The notes below the pieces were generated by a model. The model was given only the letters and a program-made list of their open reading frames with translations, was not told the DNA's origin and searched no databases. Of a stretch of DNA of 46,273 nucleotides, positions 8,609-16,470 are shown piece by piece. This DNA is from a virus (lineage: Duplodnaviria; Caudoviricetes): IMG/VR virus record IMGVR_UViG_3300030037_000009, positions 1-46,273 of that record, one strand, 5' to 3'. Position numbers and translations under genes: made by a program. How positions within the stretch are numbered: position 1 is the stretch's first letter; every line of letters starts with the position of its first letter.

Positions 8609-11508
8609 TACGCATTTCCCCCTAGTGTTGGATATGCCGTGAAATCAAGAGGCATTTCGAATTGTCTTATGTTTGTGTCTGGGTCGCCTGTGACTTTTAT
8701 GGCTAAAAACAAAGTTGAATTACTGCCCATATTAATTGTGCTGTTTGTGTATGCCATATTGTTATAAGCGCCGCCGTTTGGGGGTGTAATTATACCGCCT
8801 GGGGCTGGCACTGCGTTTGCCCATCCGAGTAAATGAATATCTGAAAACGCGTAACGGACTTCATGCGTGGTTACGTCATCGGCTTTTATTCTTGCCCATC
8901 CAAGATGAACGGTATTTTCACTATTAGAATTCTGATAGGTGCCGTTGAGAGAATATATTTTTTCTATACTTTCTGGCCTAACCTCTTCATATGCCTCAAC
9001 TCCTAGCCAATCCATCTGCACAGGGTAGCTGGGGAACTGAAAACCTATAGGCTTTAGCTCATCATAGAAGCGCGTCATCAAGTCAAAGTAGTTATACCCT
9101 GGCTCATTAGTTGGATATTCGATGTCATGCCCGCCACCTATTGACCATTCTTCGTTAGGGTTTTGGAATCCGCGTCTGTGGTGCGGGTGAAAATCAATTA
9201 TCCATTGGTGAATTTCGCCTGTTGGTGGTACGTTCGCGTAATGGTAGTAATGATTTCCGCCGCCTGATTCTGCGCTTAACGTGCTACCAGTTGTACCCCT
9301 TACATAAGTACCAAAGTGCAAGTTTGTTGTACCTGGCGTAGATGCCTGGAAACCTTCGGGCAATCTAAACCATAAGCGAAGCCGGTTGAACGTGTTTAGT
9401 TTCCATGTTCCTGAATCTATGACTTCTTTGATGTACTTCCACCCGCCTGGGCTCTGGTATGGATATATTTGTGGGTACGGACGTTCCTCTGAAATAATTG
9501 ATCTAAATACGCGGTCGCCAAAAGGGGTAGACGTTGGGTCTAATGCAAAGCTGTATGTTTCTTCGCCTCTGACTGCGCCGTTGTCTGTATAGTTGTTGTA
9601 CAGATCCATGTAACGAGGCGCTGAACCACCGGGGTTTATTACGGGTATTACGGTTTGCTGAAATCCTCCAATAACAACGCCCTGTCTTACTGAGCCGTCG
9701 GCACTTAAAACCGTAAGCGTAACATTAGTAACATTGCTAACCAGTGCGCGGGTATCGTGTGCGCCATTGTTTGTGTCTGATTGTGCGGTTGGTATTTGAA
9801 CGCTGATTACAAATGACTGCTCGCTGTTTGTTGTGCCATCAGAAGCCCGAAGTGTTACGGCGTTGTTTCCTGCGTTGGCATCTGCTGGTGTGCCTGAAAG
9901 CGTGTTACCTGACAGTGTTAGCCAGCTTGGCAATACAGGTGCCGTAAGTGTTACCGCGTCACCGTCTGGGTCACTTGTTGACACGTTGTATGTGTAAACT
10001 AGGCCGGACGTTGTTGTAAGTGTTGGGTTTGATCCTATGGCTGGTGGCAAGTTACCAGACGCTAAAGTCAATGCATCTATGCGCGAGCTTAGCCGCTTGT
10101 TTCCTGCTGCGTCCTGTAGGGCTATGTAAATATCGTAGCTCTCGCCCGGTTCCAATGGCGAAATCAATACGGCTGGTGGCGTTTGTATGTCCATTGACAA
10201 AAGCGTTGAATCGAAAACAGGGGTAGAACCACTCGCCCCGTCACCGTTTAGAACGTCGTCAACTGTTGGCGCTGTTGAATTGTTAGCCAGTGCTACCGCT
10301 CTATAAAATCCATTTTCGTTGGTGTCAAAAGTTACCTCTACGGATGTTGTAGAAATGTCCGTTATTTCTGGTTGTGCGTCAAAATCTGGGGCTACTGTAT
10401 CCGGTTGCGCCGTAGTGGTTATTTCAAGAAGCGTGCCTAATACGGTATTGCCCGACGCGTCCTGCATGGCCACATAAATATCATAAGGCGTCGTTGCTGT
10501 TAATCCGGTAACGGCTACAGATTCGGGCGTTGCCGCTGACATTGATCTAATAGTAGAGTCAAAGGCCACGGTTGTTCCTGCTGACCCTGTTCCAGCTAAA
10601 ACCTGTGCTGCTGTGGGCGTTGTAGCGCCATCGTTAACGACTAGTAATCTAAATGTTCCTGTTTCATCAGAGGTAAAATTGACGTTTACCAGTGTGTCAG
10701 ATAGCCCGGTTTGCTCTGGCTGAACTGTAAACGTAGGCGCAACGGCGTCTGTCTGATAAAAGCCTATGTTGTTACCTGTTGAGCCCGCGCCAATAAGCTG
10801 ACTTCCTGGTCTTAGGGTAAAATCACCAGCGTCAGGATTAACGTATTCGGTAGCTGCAACAATATTTGTTATTGCGCCGGTTCCTGTTGCTGTTGCATCA
10901 GAAGATGCACAGTTAACGAGTGAACTATTGCCTCTAAAATCATCATCATTTATTCGGCTGGCCGCACAATCTATAACGTCCCTACCGTTGACGAATCCAC
11001 CCGTACAACTGTCAACCGTTACGCGTCTACATGTTCCAGCTTCTACAATTGCGTTTTTGAATCCTCCAGTATAGTCGCGTATGGTCCCGTCGATTACGTC
11101 GTTGTTTCTAAAGTCGGCTGACCATTGAGCAAAAGACGTATTTACTCCGTTCGGGTTGTCCGCCTCAAAATTTGATATTACGTTATTTACTGAGCTTCCA
11201 TCATTAACAACGGTTGTCCCTACAAAACCGGAAGCCGGTCTTATAAGCATATTTTGAACGGTTACGTTCCCGTTTAATGTTGCCGTAGATGATAGGTTTA
11301 GCGTCCAACGGCCTACACTGCGAAGGAATACGCGCCCATCTGTAGCTGCTTGAACCCCTGTGAAGTCGATAGCGCCTGTGTGGACGTGTCCGTCTGCAAT
11401 ATCTATTGTGTTGTTGCCGTCGCCTACCAAGCTGCCCTTTGCGACAATGGCGGCAATAGCGAGCGGTATAGTTGAGTACCCCGAAGGAACCGCGAATGAT
11501 TCAGCCAT
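8608..11508 (-). CDS. 966-aa modular protein: beta-helix + two FN3-like + He_PIG/cadherin-like + unknown His/aromatic-rich C-terminal domain
   Basis: VPSGYSTIPLAI cap; DFTLRPGSQLIGAG; two D..AP.F...YDIY.A.QDA.GN repeats; SDPDGD..LPSWLTLSGNTLSGTP; no signal peptide. Confidence 0.8.
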   Translation of the reverse strand: MAESFAVPSGYSTIPLAIAAIVAKGSLVGDGNNTIDIADGHVHTGAIDFTGVQAATDGRVFLRSVGRWTLNLSSTATLNGNVTVQNMLIRPASGFVGTTVVNDGSSVNNVISNFEADNPNGVNTSFAQWSADFRNNDVIDGTIRDYTGGFKNAIVEAGTCRRVTVDSCTGGFVNGRDVIDCAASRINDDDFRGNSSLVNCASSDATATGTGAITNIVAATEYVNPDAGDFTLRPGSQLIGAGSTGNNIGFYQTDAVAPTFTVQPEQTGLSDTLVNVNFTSDETGTFRLLVVNDGATTPTAAQVLAGTGSAGTTVAFDSTIRSMSAATPESVAVTGLTATTPYDIYVAMQDASGNTVLGTLLEITTTAQPDTVAPDFDAQPEITDISTTSVEVTFDTNENGFYRAVALANNSTAPTVDDVLNGDGASGSTPVFDSTLLSMDIQTPPAVLISPLEPGESYDIYIALQDAAGNKRLSSRIDALTLASGNLPPAIGSNPTLTTTSGLVYTYNVSTSDPDGDAVTLTAPVLPSWLTLSGNTLSGTPADANAGNNAVTLRASDGTTNSEQSFVISVQIPTAQSDTNNGAHDTRALVSNVTNVTLTVLSADGSVRQGVVIGGFQQTVIPVINPGGSAPRYMDLYNNYTDNGAVRGEETYSFALDPTSTPFGDRVFRSIISEERPYPQIYPYQSPGGWKYIKEVIDSGTWKLNTFNRLRLWFRLPEGFQASTPGTTNLHFGTYVRGTTGSTLSAESGGGNHYYHYANVPPTGEIHQWIIDFHPHHRRGFQNPNEEWSIGGGHDIEYPTNEPGYNYFDLMTRFYDELKPIGFQFPSYPVQMDWLGVEAYEEVRPESIEKIYSLNGTYQNSNSENTVHLGWARIKADDVTTHEVRYAFSDIHLLGWANAVPAPGGIITPPNGGAYNNMAYTNSTINMGSNSTLFLAIKVTGDPDTNIRQFEMPLDFTAYPTLGGNA

Positions 11509-11574
11509 GATTTAGCCCTTTGATTACGTGTCCAAACAGTATAACGCAAAAAATAGGTAGCGCATAAAACGACG

Positions 11575-11598
11575 AAAGCCCACATAAATGCGAGCTTT
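11575..11598 (-). terminator. Terminator-like hairpin ending the early leftward gene run
   Basis: AAAGCTCGCA-TTTA-TGTGGGCTTT followed by CGTCGTTTT; G:U pairs form on the minus strand. Confidence 0.6.
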
Positions 11599-11656
11599 GC
11601 CAGATAGCTAATCACCTCCTGGGTGAACCTTGCCGGGTTGCTATGTGTTTTTAAGG

Positions 11657-11935
11657 TTAGTCGGGATCTGGCAATTTATCAATCCATTCGAGGAGCCCTG
11701 AAACGTCGCCCTCTTCAATTCCTGCTTTTTCTCCTATTTCAGCCAAAAGCCCATAAGCCACTTTGGCGCCATCGTCAGAAAATTCTCTTTCTTGAATGAC
11801 TTTAGGATCAGCCGTCTTCGACATTCTAGCCAGAACCCGCGCTAATTCGTCGGGCTTGTAATCTGCAAGGTTTTGCAATTCACGGTTAAACAGTTTTCTA
11901 AAATATGATGTATCCACGCCGTATCTATTTTTCAT
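11657..11935 (-). CDS. Hypothetical protein
   Basis: ATGA coupling to upstream ORF (start MKNRY). Confidence 0.75.
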   Translation of the reverse strand: MKNRYGVDTSYFRKLFNRELQNLADYKPDELARVLARMSKTADPKVIQEREFSDDGAKVAYGLLAEIGEKAGIEEGDVSGLLEWIDKLPDPD

Positions 11936-12174
11936 GATTCTGCCTCGCATCGACCTGGAGTGTCCCAGTACTGCTGCTCACTAACGCTAGGAGCTTCCAG
12001 CGGTCTTGCTTCATTGTCATAGGTAACATGCCCGAAATCTGCCGTTACGCATATTCCAGTTTTCCCCATGTATACCATCTCAATGTTAGTTCGAAGCGCG
12101 CCATCCCAAAGGTGCATAACTTCGGATTCTTGATCCATCTTTTTGAGTTCTTCAATTAATTTTTTTACTTTCAT
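11932..12174 (-). CDS. Hypothetical protein (MKVKKLIEELKK)
   Basis: Tightly packed ORF with common phage N-terminal pattern. Confidence 0.75.
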   Translation of the reverse strand: MKVKKLIEELKKMDQESEVMHLWDGALRTNIEMVYMGKTGICVTADFGHVTYDNEARPLEAPSVSEQQYWDTPGRCEAES

Positions 12175-12177
12175 TGC

Positions 12178-12405
12178 CTAGTCCTTAACCTCGCCAATAA
12201 TTTCTATTTGATATTCGTTTTCTCTTACGCCCTCGTTAACCTGCAAGTCAGAATTAAGATTTATCAAAATATCATATTCATCCGTTTGGCTTGGATTTAT
12301 AAGTATCCCGTCCAGCTCATGCCATGACGCCAAAACAACCTTATGCTTTGCGCACACTTCGCCAATCTCTTTTAGTGCCGCCTCTATGCGTTCTCGCTCG
12401 CTCAT
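12178..12405 (-). CDS. Hypothetical protein
   Basis: ATGA-coupled ORF. Confidence 0.7.
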   Translation of the reverse strand: MSERERIEAALKEIGEVCAKHKVVLASWHELDGILINPSQTDEYDILINLNSDLQVNEGVRENEYQIEIIGEVKD

Positions 12406-12602
12406 GATTCGCTCTCTAAATATTCCCTGGCGTATCTAATCGCCGTGTTTACGCTTGAACAGCGCCCGTGTAAATCTTTCCAAAAAAACAGCCTATGCGG
12501 TATTTGTAGCTGCCATCTACAGGGGTCTTCGCCTTCGCTGTCGTAAATTAGCCTGCATTTTTTAGAGTTAACTTTCATGTTAACTATGATTTTTTCCCTC
12601 AT
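12402..12602 (-). CDS. Hypothetical protein
   Basis: Packed ORF flanked by a repeated junction sequence. Confidence 0.65.
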   Translation of the reverse strand: MREKIIVNMKVNSKKCRLIYDSEGEDPCRWQLQIPHRLFFWKDLHGRCSSVNTAIRYAREYLESES

Positions 12603-12610
12603 GATTCGCT

Positions 12611-12871
12611 CTATGTTTTATCAATAAACTCTGGGTCATCGCCTACAAATTTTTTGAATTGCCTTTTTACTTCCGCGTACATTTTTTTTGTTGTTTCTGG
12701 GTTTAGGTAGCAGAATGTCAGATCAACGAATAGATCTTTTATTTCAGCGTTTTCTTTCCTCAAATCTGCAATGACGGCTTTGTCTATTTCAGATTTACCG
12801 GCGTCCTCTTTTAGCCCTTTTACAACCTTGCCAAACGTTGCTTGTATATCTCCGTAAACATCCATAATCAA
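12611..12871 (-). CDS. Hypothetical protein
   Basis: Packed ORF. Confidence 0.65.
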   Translation of the reverse strand: MIMDVYGDIQATFGKVVKGLKEDAGKSEIDKAVIADLRKENAEIKDLFVDLTFCYLNPETTKKMYAEVKRQFKKFVGDDPEFIDKT

Positions 12872-13005
12872 CCTACCCCGAAGTAAGAAATATAGCTAAA
12901 CGTCAAAGAATGTAAGCAACAAGTCGTGGTCGAAATCCAGTCTAGTACGTATTTACGTTTAATCAGGATAGCGAAAACTACCCAAAGGATTGCGATAAAT
13001 ATCAC
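12868..13005 (-). CDS. 45-aa membrane peptide MIFIAILWVVFAILIKRKYVLDW...
   Basis: Hand translated; GTGA overlap with yopX stop and fills the gap exactly; hydrophobic N-terminus then KRK. Confidence 0.55.
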   Translation of the reverse strand: MIFIAILWVVFAILIKRKYVLDWISTTTCCLHSLTFSYISYFGVG

Positions 13006-13355
13006 CCTAACAGCTCCTTGTGTTGGTAAATGTTGCCTACCACTGTAACGTCATCAGCCCCGCTTGGCAGATCCTCCCACGTAACTTCTATAACCCACCT
13101 CCCGTCCTCTTCTCTAATGACCTTGGACAACTCGCCATCAAAGAAACTAACAATATCACCATCGTAAATATCAGCGTCGTGTTCGTCTTTTACCTCTGTG
13201 AACTGCAACAATTCAACGTCGATCATTCCGAACGTGTGGCGCGTGTCGTTCTCTGACTCACAGAATACAAGGCCCTTATCAAAGTCTATGCTGTATACGG
13301 TGAACATCATTTGTAGGCGTTCGTTCCAGCATCGAAATTTTATCGTTCTTTTCAT
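13002..13355 (-). CDS. YopX family protein
   Basis: IKFRCW, LLQFTEVKD...IYDGDIV, VVGNIYQHKELL. Confidence 0.92.
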   Translation of the reverse strand: MKRTIKFRCWNERLQMMFTVYSIDFDKGLVFCESENDTRHTFGMIDVELLQFTEVKDEHDADIYDGDIVSFFDGELSKVIREEDGRWVIEVTWEDLPSGADDVTVVGNIYQHKELLG

Positions 13356-13420
13356 GGATATTTCCTGGTTGGCGTTCCGGTTTTGCCGCCTCATTTGAGG
13401 GATAAAAACCGGAATGTTTG

Positions 13421-13663
13421 TTATTCAAGATTCGAAGCTATCAATTTTTTCATTTGAGCCAGGTTATTGATGGCCGTCTGAATTTCGCGCTTCTGTATTT
13501 CTAGCTCATCGATTCTTGATTGCACCGTGCATTCCACCGTGCCTCGTAATTCGGCTGCGGTTTCTGCGCATCCGTTATCGTAACCGGCGTTATAATCCTC
13601 ATTATCGTCCAAAATAATTCCCCTTAAACGGTTAAACTGTGTTACGTGCGTGCGCGCTCGCAA
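13421..13663 (-). CDS. Hypothetical coiled-coil protein
   Basis: ORF in packed operon. Confidence 0.6.
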   Translation of the reverse strand: MRARTHVTQFNRLRGIILDDNEDYNAGYDNGCAETAAELRGTVECTVQSRIDELEIQKREIQTAINNLAQMKKLIASNLE

Positions 13664-13896
13664 CGGCTTTCTAGCTTCAAATCGTCAATCTCTTTTCTTT
13701 GCCTTTCGATGCATTCCGATTGCTCTTTAACCAATTTATTAGTCACTGCAATTTCAATACGTGCATCTGCAATGGTACGTACTAGCGCCTGAGACGCCAA
13801 CCGCATATCTTGCACGCAATGTTCAAGGGGCATAGATTCGTCGTTAAACTCGCCTAGCTGCTTTCTGGCTTGTTCTACTGTTCGCTTATCGTTCAC
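13642..13896 (-). CDS. Hypothetical coiled-coil protein
   Basis: GTG start with AGGGG RBS. Confidence 0.7.
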   Translation of the reverse strand: MNDKRTVEQARKQLGEFNDESMPLEHCVQDMRLASQALVRTIADARIEIAVTNKLVKEQSECIERQRKEIDDLKLESRCERART

Positions 13897-13943
13897 TGTT
13901 TTTCCCCTGGTTGGTTGAAACGCTTATTCGACAGAACTACAAC

Positions 13944-14243
13944 TTAGGTTAGTGTTCGCCCGTGATCTGGGCATTCACATGTTTTTGAATCGCCACCTTC
14001 GAAGCATTGCAGGGGGCGTAATCCGCACTGTTCTGCAATTTCTCGGCCCCACACCACATCAATATTATGAGTTTTTACCCCGTAGTTATCTGCTATATGG
14101 TTCTGGGCTACACGAAATATTTCTGATAGCGTTGGATTGTTTTTATCAACAAAGCCAGATTCAAAAGCGCCGATCATCATGTTGACGAATTCGCTGACAG
14201 CGCCCGCCTTCATTTTGTTTTCTTCTTCATTTGTGCCTGCCAT
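13944..14243 (-). CDS. Hypothetical protein
   Basis: AAGGGG RBS; first gene after the promoter at 14381-14420. Confidence 0.7.
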   Translation of the reverse strand: MAGTNEEENKMKAGAVSEFVNMMIGAFESGFVDKNNPTLSEIFRVAQNHIADNYGVKTHNIDVVWGREIAEQCGLRPLQCFEGGDSKTCECPDHGRTLT

Positions 14244-14380
14244 TTTCTACCCCTTATTTAAAACTGCGCTAACGACAAAATTTCTATTTGTTCTTTTAAG
14301 GCTGGTGGTACTCACCCCATTTAACGCCTACCGTTTTGACTGGTGCACCTTAAAACTAGTTGCGCTGTTTCGATAACTGA

Positions 14381-14420
14381 ATAGTAGGCTATAGCTCCCA
14401 CCTTGTAAACAATAGTTTAG
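14381..14420 (-). promoter_or_regulatory. Sigma70 promoter with overlapping operator palindrome
   Basis: TTTACA-17-TACTAT; GTAAACAATAGTTTAG at 14405-14420. Confidence 0.85.
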
Positions 14421-14424
14421 TAAT

Positions 14425-14616
14425 TTATTCGGATTTCTGCATACACTTGCTACCACCATGCCTACGTTTAAGCATTAGGTTTGAACGCTCGTATGGTGTG
14501 GAGCATTCATAATCGTCTATCTCTTCTTTTTGTTGCTGTGCTTGTGGTACTAAGTCTGCCATTGGTGCGGGTGCTGGGTTGCGTCGTCCGCCGCTGTATG
14601 GGTGTGATCTATTCAT
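14425..14616 (-). CDS. Hypothetical protein
   Basis: Packed ORF. Confidence 0.55.
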   Translation of the reverse strand: MNRSHPYSGGRRNPAPAPMADLVPQAQQQKEEIDDYECSTPYERSNLMLKRRHGGSKCMQKSE

Positions 14617-14619
14617 GGT

Positions 14620-14820
14620 CTAGAACCCCTCGAAATACGGTAAGTTTTTAAAATCTTCCTCGGTCATTGAAACTACTTTGAATGTGTATTCTTGCTCGTC
14701 GCCGTTTTCTTCCATTACCTCAATCATACTAGCGAGAATGCTTTGTGCTTCCTTCAAATCAACGGTAAGTTTTGGGCCGTGATCACAATCTGTTAATTGT
14801 ATGTATGCTTTCTCTGTCAT
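14620..14820 (-). CDS. Hypothetical acidic protein
   Basis: ATGA coupling, AGGGA RBS. Confidence 0.75.
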   Translation of the reverse strand: MTEKAYIQLTDCDHGPKLTVDLKEAQSILASMIEVMEENGDEQEYTFKVVSMTEEDFKNLPYFEGF

Positions 14821-15059
14821 TTTGTTATCCCTGGTTGGTAGTGCCTAGTATTCCAAACGATTACGGCTCTCTGCTTGTGCAGGTTCTCGTTGCCGTCTCT
14901 CTTCATTTGGTGCAAACATTCGCTTTCTTCTATGTGGGTGCAACACTCCAGGCACTCTACGCGCCCCCACATATTCGAGCTGTTGCCGCACTGGTATTCT
15001 GTTAGCTTTGCCTCGCCACCACAAAACGGGCAAAGCTTTAGTTTTATTTTTTCGCACAT
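14817..15059 (-). CDS. Lar-like restriction-alleviation family zinc-finger protein
   Basis: LKLCPFCGGEA...VECLEC...AVIVWNTR. Confidence 0.85.
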   Translation of the reverse strand: MCEKIKLKLCPFCGGEAKLTEYQCGNSSNMWGRVECLECCTHIEESECLHQMKRDGNENLHKQRAVIVWNTRHYQPGITK

Positions 15060-15061
15060 AT

Positions 15062-15334
15062 TCACCACCAAACCGGCTTATCAATATTCGCCTTCTCGCA
15101 GAACTGCAAGATTGCCTCTTTTTCATCGCTGCCATATCCCATATCGTTCGGGTGATTCTGGCAAATGAATATCACAGGGCTCTCGTAATCAGTCCAAGCC
15201 GCCCAACTGTGGTTCTCTTTGTTCCAAGCTAGCCCCTTGATTTCCCCCGTGTAGACGTTGTTTGCAAGCTTCCACAAGTCGAGGTTTGCCAGTTCTACGC
15301 CTGGTAGTGTTAGCTGTTGTTCTTCTCGTTTCAT
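15062..15334 (-). CDS. Hypothetical protein
   Basis: ATGA-coupled ORF. Confidence 0.7.
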   Translation of the reverse strand: MKREEQQLTLPGVELANLDLWKLANNVYTGEIKGLAWNKENHSWAAWTDYESPVIFICQNHPNDMGYGSDEKEAILQFCEKANIDKPVWW

Positions 15335-15624
15335 AGGTTTCTCGCCCATTTAAAAACGTTGGCTGGTGTTGGTACCTTCCCTATAAATTTCATTTTTCGC
15401 CCTTCGTAATCGGTAAACTCGGAAAAATAAATGTCTCGCAAAACATACCAGCAATCAGAATAATCCCACTCATCATATTCATGGCTGCAACTATACCAAT
15501 TTACATGCAATCCAGAATCGTCGTGGAACTCTAAATCTTTGGTGTCTACTCCAAGCGCCTTATGTTTTTCCATAAGTATTTCGTAAGATTTCTTGCAAAG
15601 CTTTTTATGTTGCCTGTATTTCAT
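15331..15624 (-). CDS. Hypothetical protein
   Basis: ATGA-coupled ORF. Confidence 0.7.
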   Translation of the reverse strand: MKYRQHKKLCKKSYEILMEKHKALGVDTKDLEFHDDSGLHVNWYSCSHEYDEWDYSDCWYVLRDIYFSEFTDYEGRKMKFIGKVPTPANVFKWARNL

Positions 15625-15851
15625 GCGTCACCCGTATAATCTAGCAAGCTGTCAAAATCCGCCTTTGCCTGGTAATAGGCGTTACATTGCGCGTGGAGTA
15701 TAGACTGTGACTTTCTAAGGTGCGTATAACATTCTTTTGCCTTCCTTGACGCCGTTATCTGTGCGCCAACACTGGACAATAGTTTTTCGCAATTCTGTAT
15801 TTTCACTTCATATTCGGCTAGGAAACTTTCTATTTCTGTTTTAACTTTCAT
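15621..15851 (-). CDS. Hypothetical helical protein
   Basis: GAGAG RBS, packed. Confidence 0.7.
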   Translation of the reverse strand: MKVKTEIESFLAEYEVKIQNCEKLLSSVGAQITASRKAKECYTHLRKSQSILHAQCNAYYQAKADFDSLLDYTGDA

Positions 15852-15869
15852 ATCGCTCTCACTTGCGGG

Positions 15870-16040
15870 TTAATTGGCTTGGTCTTCAAGCTCTTTTAGT
15901 ATTTTGTTTGTAAGTGTTACTAGTTCATATTTATGAGTTAGGCTTCTCACTGGAACTGCTACAAAATCAATGCCGTATTTCTTGAAAATCTCAACTGCTT
16001 CTAAGTTTTTCCTCATTTCTACTGGGTTACATCTTTCCAT
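15870..16040 (-). CDS. Hypothetical protein (MERCNPVEMRKNLE..; DUF1382-like)
   Basis: ATG follows upstream stop; GIDFVAVPV motif. Confidence 0.6.
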   Translation of the reverse strand: MERCNPVEMRKNLEAVEIFKKYGIDFVAVPVRSLTHKYELVTLTNKILKELEDQAN

Positions 16041-16041
16041 T

Positions 16042-16470
16042 TTATCTCTCGCTAACTGGAATATAAACTTCCGCGTCATCATCAACAACGGGAATAAATC
16101 GCGCATTGTCCGGCATTTCTTCACGCTGAACCTGTGGTGTTTGTACGTTTCTGTGTAGCTGTATTTTCTCGCCTATTTGCTGTTCAACGGACGATTGATT
16201 GTTTTTAAACCAGACATCATTTGTTCCCGTTTTCGTTTTCGGCCTGGTTAATGTTTGTGCTTCAACGCTATTTATTAAATCTCTTGCTCTTTGTATTGCG
16301 TCATGGCCCACGTTTTTATCATTTCTGACGACGACACCTGACCTATACAGCGTTTTATTGCTGTCTGAATACGAATGTACTGGTTCATCCTTCTGAGCCT
16401 CTACAAACGAATCTACGGCCTTTGACTTTTTATGTCGTGCGGCTGCTCGCTGGGCTTTGTTAATTTTCAT
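16042..16470 (-). CDS. Hypothetical protein with basic N-terminus
   Basis: Overlaps end of loader-like gene. Confidence 0.65.
   Translation of the reverse strand: MKINKAQRAAARHKKSKAVDSFVEAQKDEPVHSYSDSNKTLYRSGVVVRNDKNVGHDAIQRARDLINSVEAQTLTRPKTKTGTNDVWFKNNQSSVEQQIGEKIQLHRNVQTPQVQREEMPDNARFIPVVDDDAEVYIPVSER

Noticed and set aside
11424-11615. 63-aa hydrophobic ORF
   Set aside because: Its GTG lies within the SD-like sequence itself, it crosses a terminator hairpin and overlaps the 966-aa gene by 85 nt
14290-14356. tRNA
   Set aside because: Cloverleaf-like impression only; no TTCRA T-loop, proper anticodon arm or CCA end
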